From: Isurus oxyrinchus
Lineage: Eukaryota
DNA length: 64,000 nucleotides
NCBI GenBank assembly: GCA_026770705.1
Contig: JANJGN010000027.1
Coordinates: 16,864,001 to 16,928,000 of the forward strand
Direction of reading: 5' to 3'
The notes under the pieces were generated by a model. The model was given only the letters and a program-made list of their open reading frames with translations. It ran no database searches and was not told the DNA's origin. The translations under genes were made by a program, and so were the position numbers. This document shows, piece by piece, positions 42,760 through 56,189 of the stretch; the stretch's first letter is position 1, and each line of letters opens with the position of its first letter.

Positions 42760-42975
42760 TCACTGTTCTGGTCAATATTCATCCCTCAGACAACAATACT
42801 GAAAACAAATGATCTATTCATTACTACATTGCTCTTTGGGGAAGTTTGCTGTGTGCTAGTTATTGCCCCTTTTCCTATGTTACAATGACTATTACTTTAA
42901 AAGTATTTCCATGCCTGAAGAGGGCTTTGGAACATCCCAAGGTCATGGAAGGTGCTAAGTCTTTCATTTCTTCTT
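42760..42975 (+). mobile_element. DeuSINE-like 3' fragment
   Basis: ctggtcaatattcatccctcagacaac...tgctgtgtgc...gctttggaacatcccaaggtcatggaaggtgct. Confidence 0.6.
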
Positions 42976-43399
42976 TACTGTTTGACTATTGGGTTATTTT
43001 GCCAACTTGCAAGTAAGTTGTTTGTTACCAAGGAAAGCAGATATATAAATGAAACAGGTATCAAAACTTATGCAATGTTACACTAAATTGTGAATCTAAT
43101 GCTGCAAGATTATGATTCTATACATAAAAACCTTGACAGATTCTTGAAATTGCTGAAATAATGCCCTAATCCCAAACTGTAGCGACAGTGGATTAATCCC
43201 GCCTTGATTTTTTTTGCAGTTATTGAAATGGTTATCCTCCTCCCACATTTCTTATCTGATGTCCAGTTCAGTGGGACTGCCCTCATTGGCTCCACCCTCA
43301 TTAAACAGATCATAGTAGGGAATCTCTAATATTGATTCTGTTCCCATCATGATCCTTTTCATGTCTATGTACATGTTGTTTCTGCTACATCATTTACAA

Positions 43400-43830
43400 A
43401 CATGGACAGCTTTCAAATGTACATTGATGGCATCTCTACCCTTTGACCCTGTCACTGCCACTTTGTGCTGAGACTGCTTGTCCAATTTCCAGTCTTGAAT
43501 GTGTCACAATCTCCTTGATATACATTGGGAAGGTCAAAGACACCATCTTCAGGCAGTCATGGAATCTTTACCCTTGCCACCGATTCAATCCTTAGCAATT
43601 ATCTCAGGCAGAATTAGACTGATTGCAAGCTCAACATCCTATTCAACCTAAACATTCTAACCCCATATTCTCTCCATCACAAGGAACAACTGTCACTTCG
43701 TCCCATTTGCCCAACCTTACTGACCCATATTGGCTTTTGGCAAGCCATTCGAACTTCAAATTTGCATCTTTGTGTTTAAATCCTCCCTGGTTTGCGCCTC
43801 TCTAGGCCCACAACTTCCTCCAGCAGAACA
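43400..43830 (+). mobile_element. Decayed L2-like fragment
   Basis: Similarity to other L2 copies (cattgggaaggtcaaag; tttaaatcctccctgg...caacttcctccagc). Confidence 0.55.
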
Positions 43831-44199
43831 ACCACAATTTGCATAAAACAGCCTGTGGACGTGCAGTAAGTGTGAAAGCAACTGCCATTGTTATACCTAA
43901 TCACATTGATATATAAAAACTTTCCATTGTCATAAAATGCTGCTAGAATTGGACAAGACCAGCCTCAGGTTGATGCAACAACTCAATAGCTGTTTATGTA
44001 TTTCTTTTCATAACAACAGTCATTGTATTCCAAAGAATTTCCTTGCACAAAGTACTTAGGGGCAAGAAATTATGCTATATAAAAGCAAGCATTTACTTTT
44101 GCTGTATTTTCAAATAACCAACAAGAGAACTTTCTATGGAAAATAAACAATGTAAAAGAAATCACTGGTCATTTAATTAATCAGGGAGCTTTACAAAAT

Positions 44200-45620
44200 T
44201 AGCTTTAATGTGCCTAAGTGAGAGAGCAGGCATGGTAATATACATTGATTTTTGCAGTATATTTCCTAAAAGATTCCCAAGATGCAATTATACAAGATTT
44301 TTGAATCTGTGCAGGTTTCAGTTATCACCTAAAATATAAGTAAAGCTGATGAGTATGTTTGACAGCCTATCTGATTCTCTGAAAAGAGTAATTGAAAAGA
44401 GCCCTGGATCTGAATAAAAATTTTTTATGTTGGTCAGTGGATTAAGAACTGGCTACATTTCCATAGGCAGGCACTTGTTATTAATTGTTGTAGATCTTTG
44501 TGGAGATTAGTTACTAGTAATGTTCGGCAGGGATCAGCATCAGGGTAGTTGCTTTTATTTCCTTCATTAATGGGCTGAAGATAGGCGTTGGGGAAATGGT
44601 CCACAGACTTGAGGACAATACAAAGACTTTTGCAAGTGTTAGGATTGTGAATTCAAATATACACTGCAATTGGATCCTGATGAGATGACCAACAGGTATT
44701 GCACAAGTGGTATTTAACTTAGTTAAAGGTATTGTCACACATGGTCAGGACCAACACCAGGATAGAGAACTGAAGCCTGTTGTGAAAGAAGGAACCATGT
44801 TATGGTATATAATTCTCTCAAGGTATACAAATGGTGGGGTGTTAGCTAAAGCAAATAGGATGTTAGGTTGCACTGTCAAGACAACTTCATACACAACAAA
44901 ATATAATTTTGTCCTCTGTAGGGCTTTAGGTAGCCATCACTTAAATTACTATGTCCATTTCTGGTTCCTTCTCAAGATGGATTTTATAGAAGCATTGAAA
45001 AAGGGTTAAATGGGGTCACAAATAAGAATGACAGCCATTTTTGAACTTACTTACCTAGATAGAGTGCGTCTTTTTTACTTTAGAGATTGCATAGGTGCAT
45101 AGATGACCTGATAGAGGTATTTGAATAATGAAGGGACAAGACAGTCTTCACATTGATCGATCATTTCAGTTAAATAAGTTAGGGAGGACCAGAAATATGC
45201 ATCTAAGTTACACAAGGACAGAACTAAGTCAGATGTATCTGAAGGTTTTTCTTTTCCCACAGGCTGGTTGACTGAGGAAACAAATCGCTGGGCTTGTGTG
45301 TTGATTTGCTGGACATTTTCAAAAGAGAGCTGGAGTGGTTTCTGGTTGTGACAGGTATCACAGAACACAAAAGCCAGGTGAAATCCCAAGTAAAATGAAT
45401 CATGGTAAATATAGTCTCCTAGATTGACTTTGATTATCTAAGGGGGTCAAAGGGCTATTTTCAAGAATTTTTGCACCTAAATTGATCCTGCCTTTAAAAT
45501 CTGCTTTTTTTTGCCTCTCCCAGGTGTTGTTAAACATGATACTTGAAAGGCATAACAGTGAGCGCAAGGCTGGATGGACAAGTTGGTCTTTTCCTGTCCA
45601 TCAATCTGTATGTTCATATG
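44200..45620 (+). mobile_element. Highly decayed CR1-like LINE
   Basis: KANRMLGCTVK...LCRALGSHHLNYYVHFW and a degenerate RGDLIEV at ~45100. Tail tggatggacaagttggtcttttcctgtcc...gtatgttc. Confidence 0.65.
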
Positions 45621-45795
45621 GAACTGCTTGGATATCAAGAAACATTAGGTAAATGGCTTTGTTCCTTAATTTAGCTGTTCCAACACTGATTGAAAATGTA
45701 GCCCACTTATACTTTCCAATGTTTGATTTTAGTTCACAGCGAAATTCAGATACATGGAATAAAAGTAAGTCAGGTGATGTGTGCCATTTTAATTA

Positions 45796-45987
<192 letters not shown>

Positions 45988-46474
45988 TTAGCTAATTACT
46001 TGCCATACTTTAAATAGAAAAAAACTTTCAAAACATGTTCTCCCTTCTAGAGAATGTACAACATCCAGTAACTTCAACAGCATTTTATTTAACTGACATG
46101 CAACAATACAAAGTTGTTTACTGATTTACAGTGATTTTTAATTCTGTCAAGAGATATAAGTAACAGCTTATACAGCAGTTTGCTCAGCTGGTACAAAGGG
46201 CTGATGTAATAAGATTACTCAGTGGTGCACTGGTTCCCCTGAAAGGTCATCGGATTTCTCAGGATTCCCACAGCAAAGGATGGGAGGGAAGGCGCCATTA
46301 ATACAGCACTGTAGAATAATTCATGAGGCACTTGGGAAATCTTCCAACTTGCACATGGCCAGTCTGCATCAGAGATAAAAGTTTTGTTATATGTGTAAAT
46401 GTACTGATGGAAGCTGAACGGAATGCTTTGACTATTCTAATTTACTGAATTTATAAGTTTGTATGCTTTCAGCA

Positions 46475-46850
46475 AATTCTCCCTTCTTCTCGAGTGTATT
46501 AACAAGCTGTGAAGTGGTTCTATTGATACTACCAGTCTCTAGTACTTTGTACAAGTACCTAGGCAATGAATGGCAGCAACAATACCAACAGCACTCAGTT
46601 CCATGACTTACCTGCTGGTTCCTATTTACATGAATTTTCTACTATGGTCACAGGCAATGATTAGAATTAGGAATATTGACTGATATTTTCCCTTCCTAAT
46701 CCCAGGACAATAAAGCTAATATGCGCATCTGCTGCTACCCTGGCTGAGATGAGCCACCTCAACACAGAATAGATATGGAATCTTTATAATTAGTATAACT
46801 TAGTGTACACCTCATGGTGTGCTTAGTCACTGAGCCATCAGAGAAGCTTT
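46475..46850 (-). mobile_element. Old SINE-like repeat (same family as 25480-25800)
   Basis: gctgctaccctggctgagatgagccacctcaacacag and cactgagccatc (reverse A-box-like head). Confidence 0.5.
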
Positions 46851-48167
46851 AAACGAATTTCTTTTCATTCTGCTAATGATTTCAATAATTTCTCCAAATG
46901 TTTGTTTTTCTCAGAAGCCCTGTTCATCTCAGTGGAAGTATTATGAATTAATCAAATATTTCTTGAAAAGCATTTTGTCAGATGCGAAGAACACTGAAAC
47001 CTAATTATATGTAGAACTTGAATTATATGTAATTTCACAAACATTTAGTGAAAATTTTCAACACAATATGTTCAATTTTCAGTAAAAGATAACGTGTAGA
47101 CAACTTAAATACTTTGCAGTATTACTATATCAATTTAACAACGCACTTCAATTAACCAACAAAATGTGCACAGATCAGCAGAGTTAGATTAATATTTTAG
47201 GCTATGTTTACAGCGAAACTATTTCCACTGCTTTATGAGAGAAAAAATTCTACCACATATAAAGTAGAATTGTAATCCTTTAATTTGTAACTATGTGCTT
47301 TCATTTTCCCTTTCATTGTACTCTCAATAGCAAGTAAAGCTGGGAGGATAGCAATTGGCAAGTTTCTTCTTAAAGTTAACAAGAATAAGAATCACCTATC
47401 CTGCCCACTACATCCCTTCCTGGTTCCAAATAATAAATCATTACCATTCCAAGTTATTTTTGGATCCCTTTTCCCTGATGAGTAGGATATGTGGCTTTTC
47501 CAACTGAATTTTCTTTAAACCTTCGCATTCAAAATGATTTTCCCTATGGTATGGTAAAAACCATGAACTATGCAAATGTTTCCCTTTGTATACATAAGTT
47601 AGTATTCAGATAAGTTCCATCATAAAATAAAAGCCAGTTAGTCATCAAAATAATTGGGTAATTTTATAGGTACAGTAGATAGGTAGAGACGAGAAAAGAT
47701 GGGTACAAGGAGAAAAGCACAAGCATAGGGTTTGTACAATTTTGATTGACTCTGACCAATAGTTCAAATCTAAAATGTGATAACAATTGCTACAATTAGC
47801 TTCCAGGTTCCCAGGCACTGTGGAGCGAATAGATGTACAGTCTTGATTTTTAACTCCCACTATCTGAGAGAAATCAAACAGGGCATTTAAATTGAGGGCA
47901 GTCACAACCCCCATGATCTTGCTGCTTTCTTGCCATGCCCCAATGTTAACTTGCTCATTTGAGCAGGCGAGCAGGACACCTGCAGGAAGGCGGTGGTCCT
48001 TCAGCACCTGACTCCAGTATCTGTTTAAAGTTTGACGTGAGTAGTGATGTTCACTCCATCAGGCCATACCTGCTGGGAGTCAAATCGTGGAACAGATGAC
48101 ACCTAGGCAGATATTTATACTTTAATGAGAATGAGTTCTGGGCTCACTTTAAAGGGTTTCCCTTGCC

Positions 48168-48492
48168 CAGGCGGTGGCATAACGGCATTGTCACTGGACT
48201 GGTATTCCAAAGACACAGGGTAATCCCACCGCAGAAGATGGTAAAATTTTACTTCAATAAAAAATTGGAATTAAAAGTCTGATGACCACAAAACCATTGC
48301 CAATTGTCATAATAACCCATCTGGTTCACTAATGTCTTTTAGGAAAGGAAATCTGCCGTCCTTACCTGGTCTGGCCTGCATGTGACTCCAGGCCCACAGC
48401 AATGTGGTTGACTCTTAAATGCCTTCTGGACAAGAGCAATTGGTGATGGGCAATAAATGCTGGCCTAGCCAGCGGCGCCCACATCCCATGAA
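48168..48492 (+). mobile_element. tRNA-derived MetaSINE-like SINE, best-preserved copy
   Basis: Head gcggtggcataacggcattgtcactggact, core ggttcactaatgtc..aggaaatctgccgtccttacctggtctggcct, tail gggcaataaatgctggcctagccagcggcgcccacatcccatgaa. Confidence 0.88.
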
Positions 48493-48679
48493 GTTGCAGG
48501 TCAGGTATCTGGCTGGATTAGGGTAGGACACTGGGAAATTTATGGAATTGAGGCCCAGTCCCTCCAAGATGCTTGCATGCATCATTTCTAAAGCATGTTA
48601 CCAAAGGGTCAGCTTGATCTTACAGCAAGTATAGACACCATCAAAGTGCTAATTTCAGCTAACGAGGAGGGATCAGGAC

Positions 48680-49745
48680 CAGGCAAATTGGAGTCCAAGG
48701 CTGATAAGTAGAAATATAATGGAGCAACAGGCAGCCTTTAAAGAGCTGGTTTGGATACAGTCTAGGTACACCCCTACAAAGAGGAAAGGAAGGGCAACCA
48801 AAGCCAGAGCTTCCGGGTGACAAAGGAATTAGAGAGTAGTGTGAAGCAGGAAAAGGGGCAATATGAGAGATATCAGCTTTATAAAAGGGAGAATTAGTAT
48901 AAATATAAAAAGTACAAAGAAGAAGTGAAAAAAGAAATGAGACACAAAGGAACAGTACAAGAACAGACTGGCAGAAAATGGAATCCAAAGGTTGTCTATA
49001 GGCATATTAACAATAAAAAGGTTGCCAGAAGAGTGATGGGGCCAAAATGGAGATCTATTTGTGGAATCACTAGGCATGGCTGAAGTACTAAATGAGTAGT
49101 TCACTTTGGCGTTTACCAAAGATGATTTTGCTAAGGCTACAGTAAATGAGGAGGTGCTCAAGATACTGGATGAGATAAAACTAGAAAAAGGAGGTATTAG
49201 AAAGCTTAGCAGTCGTTAAAGTGGATATGTCCCCTGGTCTGGTTAGATGCACTCTAAAATGCTGAGGGAAGTGAAGGGAGAAACTGCAGAGGCGCTGACC
49301 ACAATCTTTCAGTCCACCTTAAATACACAGGTAGTGGCTGAGAATTGGAGGAAGGCAAATGCTTATACTCTTTCAAAAAAAATGAGAGAAGGGTAAACAT
49401 GGCAATTACAAGCCAGTCAGTTTAACGTCAGCATGGGATGCTTTTAGCAATAATAACTCTTGGACAAGGATAGACTAATGAAAGAGCATCAGCAGGAATT
49501 TGTCAAGGGCAAATGGTGTTTGAATAACTTGACTCTAGTGATTAGGATTAGGAATGTACTGCCTGATAAGGTGGTGGAAAAAGATTCAATGGCAACTTCC
49601 AGTTGGATAAATATTTGAAGGAAAAGTAACTGCAGAATAGGAGAAAAAGCAGAGGAGTGGGACTAACTGGATTGCTCTTTGAAAGGGCCAGTCCAGGCTT
49701 GATGGGCCAAGTGGCACTTTTGTGTGCTGTACTGCTCTATAATTT
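48680..49745 (+). mobile_element. CR1-like LINE fragment with a large internal deletion
   Basis: Pre-RT and early RT remnants (ggcaattacaagccagtcagtttaac; cagcaggaatttgtcaagggcaaat) jump at ~49540 to the 3' tail (gatgggccaagtggc...tgtgctgta). Confidence 0.8.
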
Positions 49746-49849
49746 TTTTTATATGGGAAACTGGGACTCACCCATCAGAGTGAGGAATTGAAAAGGGTTT
49801 AAAAATAATGTGTTCCAGAGGTCATCGCCAGGAATATATTTGATCTCCA

Positions 49850-51650
49850 ATTTAGAGAATACAGACAGTTTAGGAGAATCACAGACAGAAAACCTAAGAG
49901 GAGATTTTTTTTAATGGCTTTTAAAACCATGAGTAGATTTGATAAGAGTTACCAGGGAAAGATTGTTTTTTCTGGTTGGGAAGCTATTGACATACAGGTT
50001 AACAATTTTAAAAAGTCATGATCACAGTTTCAGAGAAGAGTGAGAAAAAATTTCTTTACATGACAGATTTTTGGACAATGAAACATTTTGCCATGGGAGT
50101 GATTGAGACAGAGCTCACTGTATCTGTTAAAATAAAATTGAATAAATATATGAAGCAGAGAAAAGATACAGGGCTATGAGGAGATAGCAGGCCAGTAGAA
50201 TTGGTTTTGAATTGATTCTTAGAGAATGAGCTAACATAAGACAGCCGGAATAATCCAAGAGGTTAGAAGAAGATCAAAAGCTTGATTCAATTACTAAAAT
50301 TATTGAATACAAAATCACATCCTCAATTATTTCATCAGTTGCTACTCCAACAAGGAATGGAACAGTTTTTGACCTGGTCCTCCATAATGAAACAGAGCAG
50401 GCAGGTAACCTAAAAAACAAATGTGCATTTGTGAAACAGGGACCACAACATAATTCAGTCCAGAGCATGACCTGACCAAAAACAAAATCAATGTGAGATC
50501 ACCTAGGAAGAAAAATTTGTATGTACAATAATAAATTAGCAATGGGAAATAGTTAAACAAAATACAGCGAGGGAGAAATGTAACTCCCTCTTCAAGAAAA
50601 AAGGACACGGAATTAAGCTAGGAAATTTTAGCCCAATTCATTTTCTACCACTGTCTTACAACAAGGAATGAGGTTACAAATAACAAAGCTAATCAATGAA
50701 GTCAACACAGATCTCTAAAATGCTGGCTTTACTTAACCAAGCATAGAATTCTTCAAATCAACAAGAGGTGATAAATGAAAGAAATCAACACAAAAACAGT
50801 TTTGACTGTTCGTGACACCGAGCCATAGAAGGAGAAATCAGGAAAGATGACCAAAAGCTTGATTAACGAGGAAGGTTTTTAGGAACATCTTGAAAGAGAG
50901 GTAAAGAAGCAGAAGGGTTTAGGCAGGTAATTCCAAGGTTTAGGACCAAGGCAGTTGAAATCATGGCCACCAATGGCTTAATCAGGGACCATGTTAGAGA
51001 CTTATAGCAAAGATAACCTGGTACAATGAATTAAAGGGAATTTGGCCACAAGTATAGATGGAGGGCAGAGAGCAAAGGGAAGAATATAGGGAAGTTTCTC
51101 AGCCTGGAAATATGTTATGTCTGTTGTTTCATGGTCTGTGTTGGGGCTGTTGTTATTTCTACATACTTAATGAACTGGGCTTAGAAATTAATGGAATGTC
51201 AAAATTTGCTGATTGCACCAAATTAGGGGATAAAGCAAATTATGATGGTGAAAATGAAAGATTGCATGGAGAGAAAGTTTAATGGATAAAAAGGTATATG
51301 CTTTGAAAGTAAAAACAAGGAAAGAAGTGCACCTTAAATGGTAAGATTTTAAATGTACTAGAGGAGCAGAAGGGCCTTGGTGCATGGCCATGACTAACTA
51401 AAAGTTGCACATGTAGATGAGGCTCTAAAATGTGTACTGGAATCCATAGTATTGAGTCTGGAAGCACACTAAAGCAAAACTCCTGATGGAGCATTGTGCA
51501 CAGCTTTAAGTAGCCTATTTTAGGAAGGATATAAAAGCAGCAGAGATTAACTGGGATGTTACCAGAAGTGAGGGGTAGGAAGAAAATCTTCAGAAGTTTA
51601 GGCTTTTTTCCACAAAAGCACAAAAGGATGAGGTATGGCTTGATAAATCA
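49850..51650 (+). mobile_element. Cluster of very old CR1-like remnants with an antisense L2 tail (~50795-50985) inserted
   Basis: ctaagaggagat..., MSKFADCTKLG (decayed KFADDTKL). gatgaccaaaagcttg...ttttaggaacatctt matches the L2 tail at ~14980. Confidence 0.55.
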
Positions 51651-51754
51651 AGATTTTCATAGAATAATGTGGTATAGAGGAGGCCACTGTGTCACTTCTT
51701 TTTAAAGAGCTATACCAGAATCTAACGTGCATTTGATTTATTAAATGAAAACTA

Positions 51755-51976
<222 letters not shown>

Positions 51977-52049
51977 TTAAAAAAAGGGAAATTTGTCTAA
52001 AATTGTATTTCGAAGTTCAAAGTAAAAGAGCTGATTCAAGACTCTTTTG

Positions 52050-53310
52050 TTGTCCAGCTCAATTATACTACCACTCGCTTGGTTCCACTATTACTTTATT
52101 GTAGTCAGAGTCTTACAGCTTCTCTTCCCAGTCCTGCACTACTACTTTCAGAGTCTTTCAAGGTTCTATCTTTTGACCAGCCCACTCCTCTCCCTCAGCT
52201 ACATACTATCTTTCACAATATCATCCAAAGACAAGAGGTCAGTTTTCACATGAATGCTGTGGACTCTCAGCTCTACTCTCCTCCACCTCTCTCGAAACCT
52301 GCTCTACCTCTGTTGTCAAACTACTTACTGGAGATGCCTTGGAGTAGCCATAATTTCCTTCAGTTAAACAGTGGGAAGAGAAAAAGACATCATTTCCAGA
52401 CCCACCACAAATTCTATGCCACCCATTCTACTGCCTCTTCCAATCACCATCATCTCAATTCAGGCTGCTTGAAACCTCTTTGCCTGATTCAGTGCTGGGG
52501 AGTGCTTCAGGCCTTCTTATTCTCCATTATCAGGGTGCATAGTTCCACCTCATAACATCATTTGGGGAGGGGGTGGGGGGCAATTAGCTCCGTTGGCTAG
52601 ACGGCTAGCGTGTGGATCACCCCTAATGGCTGATGTAGATTCAGGGCCTGCCTCCGCACCCCACAGTTTATAAAAAATCACGACACTTGGCCATGGTTTT
52701 GGTGAATAATCACCAAGTACCTGCCTTTGGGCAGAGAACTCAAGAAGAGGAGAAATAATTTGCTACATTCTTAGCTCATATGCTGCTGAAACCTTCTTCA
52801 ACACTTCTGTCACTTACTATTCTAATGCTCTCCTGGCAGCCTCCCAGTTTAGCCCCTCCATAAAGTTTACCTCATACAAAATTCTGCTACCCATATCCTA
52901 TCCCATTCCACTGGCACCTGGTCCCTAAGCACCTCAATTTTAATGTTCTCATACTCATCTTTAAATCCCTATATGGCATTGCCCCTCACCATCTCTATAA
53001 ATTTCCGCCAACCTCCTCCCACTTTTTTTTCTGGACTTTAGGTACTTATGCATCAATCCCCTCTTTTCGCACTAACATTAGCACCTATCTCTTCAGCTAC
53101 CAATGCACATGCTGTGGAATTTCTTTGCCTTTCACTTCCCCATCCTCCTTTAAAATACTCCCTAAATCCCAGCTTTTCAACCCATCTTTCAGCCAACTTT
53201 CCCAAAATCTCCTTTATTGGCTTGATATTCATGTTTTCCTTATGCTTCTGTGAAGTTCCTTGTGATTTTTTTTTGTTAAAGATCACATTAAAGTGCAATT
53301 GGCAGTTGAT
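52050..53310 (+). mobile_element. Decayed L2-like LINE fragment interrupted by a SINE
   Basis: SFHMNAVDSQLY (decayed YADDTQLY), NFLQLNSGK, and tail ctgtgaag...gttaaag. Confidence 0.7.
52562..52752 (+). mobile_element. Short tRNA-derived SINE nested in L2
   Basis: A-box-like TAGCTCCGTTGG and purine-repeat tail gcagagaactcaagaagaggag. L2 sequence resumes on both sides. Confidence 0.55.
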
Positions 53311-54169
53311 GAGCAAACTGTATTTGGCTGTCAAAAGAGTCAGGGCTATTAACTGCCCTTTTTGTAAAGCCAGATAATTACCAAAACTAGCCGAACATGA
53401 TGAAAAGCAATATAAGTATCTTAGTAACTTTTACAATCACTCCTCTAAAATTCTGCTTTTCTCACCAAAGACTATTAAATTGTAAAACAGCTCTAAATCT
53501 TTTTATAGCTTGAACTATAAACAACCCAGCAGCCTGGTACTCGGAGTTCGGGACCTTTGTGGTTGTTTGAGATGAGAATAGCCAGTCATTGAAATCTTCC
53601 AGCTCAGCTAGAATTTAGATATGCAAATAGAGCCAGTTTTCTGAATTAGTTTTGACAGCCTTCCGAAAGGTTAATGTTGACCACTAAGTACTTTGCACAG
53701 CAAATGCAGAGGTGGAAAACTTATTGGCAACTCTGTAACCTCGACTCATCCCAATGGTGCAAGCTCATTGTTGGTGTCCCTGCAGAAAATGGTTGCACAC
53801 TGACACAGTACTTGTTTTCAGTCTTTGCCAAGTAGGTATTCTCAGACCTGCAGATACAGTTCATGGCTCTGACAAATGCAGAGACTCCAACTCTGGATCA
53901 GCTGATCCCCTGGCATTTTTTATATTGTATTGCATCAGTCACAAAATACGCTTTAGGAACAAACCCCATCATTAATTTTAACTTGATCTGCTGACCAACA
54001 CGGAACACTATAGTTTGTGGTTGGATACCTTGCAGTGAAAGTTGGTACTGCAGGTGCCCTTTTTCATATCCCCTTCCCTTAATGGCTTTTGTGATCATTC
54101 ATACTCTTGAAATGCTTCAATTATTTTTCTTTCCATATGAACATTCTTTTTGTGTTCCAAAATACAAAT

Positions 54170-54700
54170 GATCAAAAAAAAAAAGAAAAAATATCAACCA
54201 TAAAAGTCTTTATACCTTTGCAAACTCCTTTTTGCTTTCAGTACTTCACCTACGGGAAACTGTACTGAACACCATATCATTTAAAGATGAAGCTTTTACA
54301 CTTCAAGACTTCTCAGCCCTCATACACATTCCACACCAGCAGGACTAAACCCACTGCTGTGAGAATATTGTTGAAAATACAACATTCGTTTGCAAGAAAC
54401 TTGCCAAATAATCAGAGTTATGAAATCACTTGGCTCCACTTAAACAATTCTTTCATGATCTGCTGCCAAGCAAAGAACAAAGGACAAAAAGTAGTTCTTA
54501 AAAACCGTAGGAAAAAGGGGATAAAAAAAAACTACAGACTAAAAAGTCTCTATACCTTTAAGAATTCCCTTTGCGCATGGGGCATTTTGCCCACTTCACA
54601 GATGGAAAATTGCGTCCAAAGCTATTAACATCCATTATTATAGTAAAATGAAGCTTTTGTACTTTGAGATTTCCCAGCTGTTGCAGATACATTCTAGAGG
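54170..54700. repeat. Ancient degenerate tandem duplication, period ~340-360 bp
   Basis: aaaagtctttataccttt (54202) vs aaaagtctctataccttt (54542), and atgaagcttttacacttcaagacttctcagc (54287) vs atgaagcttttgtactttgagatttcccagc (54648). Confidence 0.75.
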
Positions 54701-54819
54701 TAATAAAGTGTAAATATGACAGGACAGAGGGCAGTCATAAAAGCAGGATCTCAAACTGAACACCACCTTTTTTGAAAACCTGACATTTGAATGTACCTTA
54801 GTTGCCAAAGAGTAGTCTA

Positions 54820-55220
54820 GGGCCCAGTAATTCAGTCGCGCTGCAGAATGTTACCAGCCCACATGCAAAGAGAGAGTCTGAGGAGCTCAACATAATGCAG
54901 ATGGTGCTGCAGTAGCAGCCTGCACAGGGATGAAGGGAGAGGTTAGGTGGTTGAGAGCAGCAGTGGTTATGGTAAGCACTGGTGCTGTCCACCTCAAGGC
55001 AAACTAAAGTTGCAGGTAAGGGCCAGAAGCAGGCATTAAAACACTTATTTGCACATTCAAATTCACTAACATCCGCTTCAGGTGCGGGAAAAGAGCACCC
55101 ATTGTTTGTCCTTTACCAAGATGGCGCCCAGCACAACTTGTGACAGAAGTGTGCTTGCGCATTGGACACCATTTTGGTTCTCAAACACCACTCAGTGGCG
55201 CCCATCCCAATTTTGCATCC
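54820..55220. mobile_element. Possible GC-rich MITE remnant
   Basis: Starts gggcccagtaatt and ends aattttgcatcc. Locally CpG-rich, and shares aagttgcaggt.agg with ~48491. Confidence 0.35.
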
Positions 55221-55679
55221 AAGGACTCAAATTTTTATTTGTGGTGGAAGGAAGAAGGTATTGTAATAATTTCTCTTTTACATTATAAATTGGGACAAGG
55301 CTTCAATTGAACTATTATAAATATAAGTACTTATCATTTCAATTTAAAAGAACATTGGGGAATTTTGTATATTACAGTAACCTATGGAAGCAAAACTAAT
55401 TGTCTTTTGTTTCAGGATGCTCAACAGAGCTAGAATATAGATAAAAACCTCAAAACGATCACAGATTAGTCTGAAAGATATTCTCTAAAGCAACTGATTC
55501 AATCACATCAGGCACAATTTATCTTTTGCAATGTGAGAGTTAAGCATTTTTATATAAATATAAATGGGCTTCTTTTCCCAGTTTTGGTGTTTCCTTCCCT
55601 TAATCCCCAGCCTCAGACAATTTTCCTTTGCTTCACTGCCTTTTCTGAAGGCCTTGTTTTTGAAGGAGTCACTTGTTAT

Positions 55680-55915
55680 GTAGATAAACATACCAGCCAA
55701 TTTTTATACCAGGTTTCATAAATGGCAAGTTTATTTGTTTTTGGTGGTGCTTGTTAAGGGGGTAAATGTTGGCTGAGACACTATAAGAACTCTTGACTCT
55801 TCTTGAAAGTGATTTCTTTTGCATTCACCTGAAGTACCCCCTTTGTACTGCACTTAAGTGTCAGCCTAAATTTTGTGCTCAAGTCTGAAAGTAGAGTTTG
55901 AAGCCAGAACCTGCT
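55680..55915 (-). mobile_element. DeuSINE-like fragment
   Basis: gtactgcact...gtgtcagcctaaattttgtgctcaagtctg...agtttgaagcc is the reverse of the head region seen at ~9030-9110. Confidence 0.55.
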
Positions 55916-56189
55916 AACTGAACCTCTTTTTTGCAAATTGAACGAGCAACAATGTTTGCCAATTTCTTGACAGCAGAATGGATGATTAAGAAAAAGAGAA
56001 TGCAAAATAGTAATCAGACCAACCACACTGTTGAAAAAAAATGACATGTCTATAACAAAATCCACGTTCAACTGATGGACCATTTTCACAAGACCATCAA
56101 GAACGAGAGAAGTGGCTCTTTGGGAAAAAAAAGTGAATTGGCATTTCTTAACTATAAACATAACCCAAATTAGACAACAAAAACTTGAT

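Noticed and set aside
47470-47520. Other CTGATGA occurrences (also ~4698, 8454, 32954, 35118, 44345, 44677)
   Set aside because: No properly spaced GAAA box or supporting stems, so they are not hammerheads.
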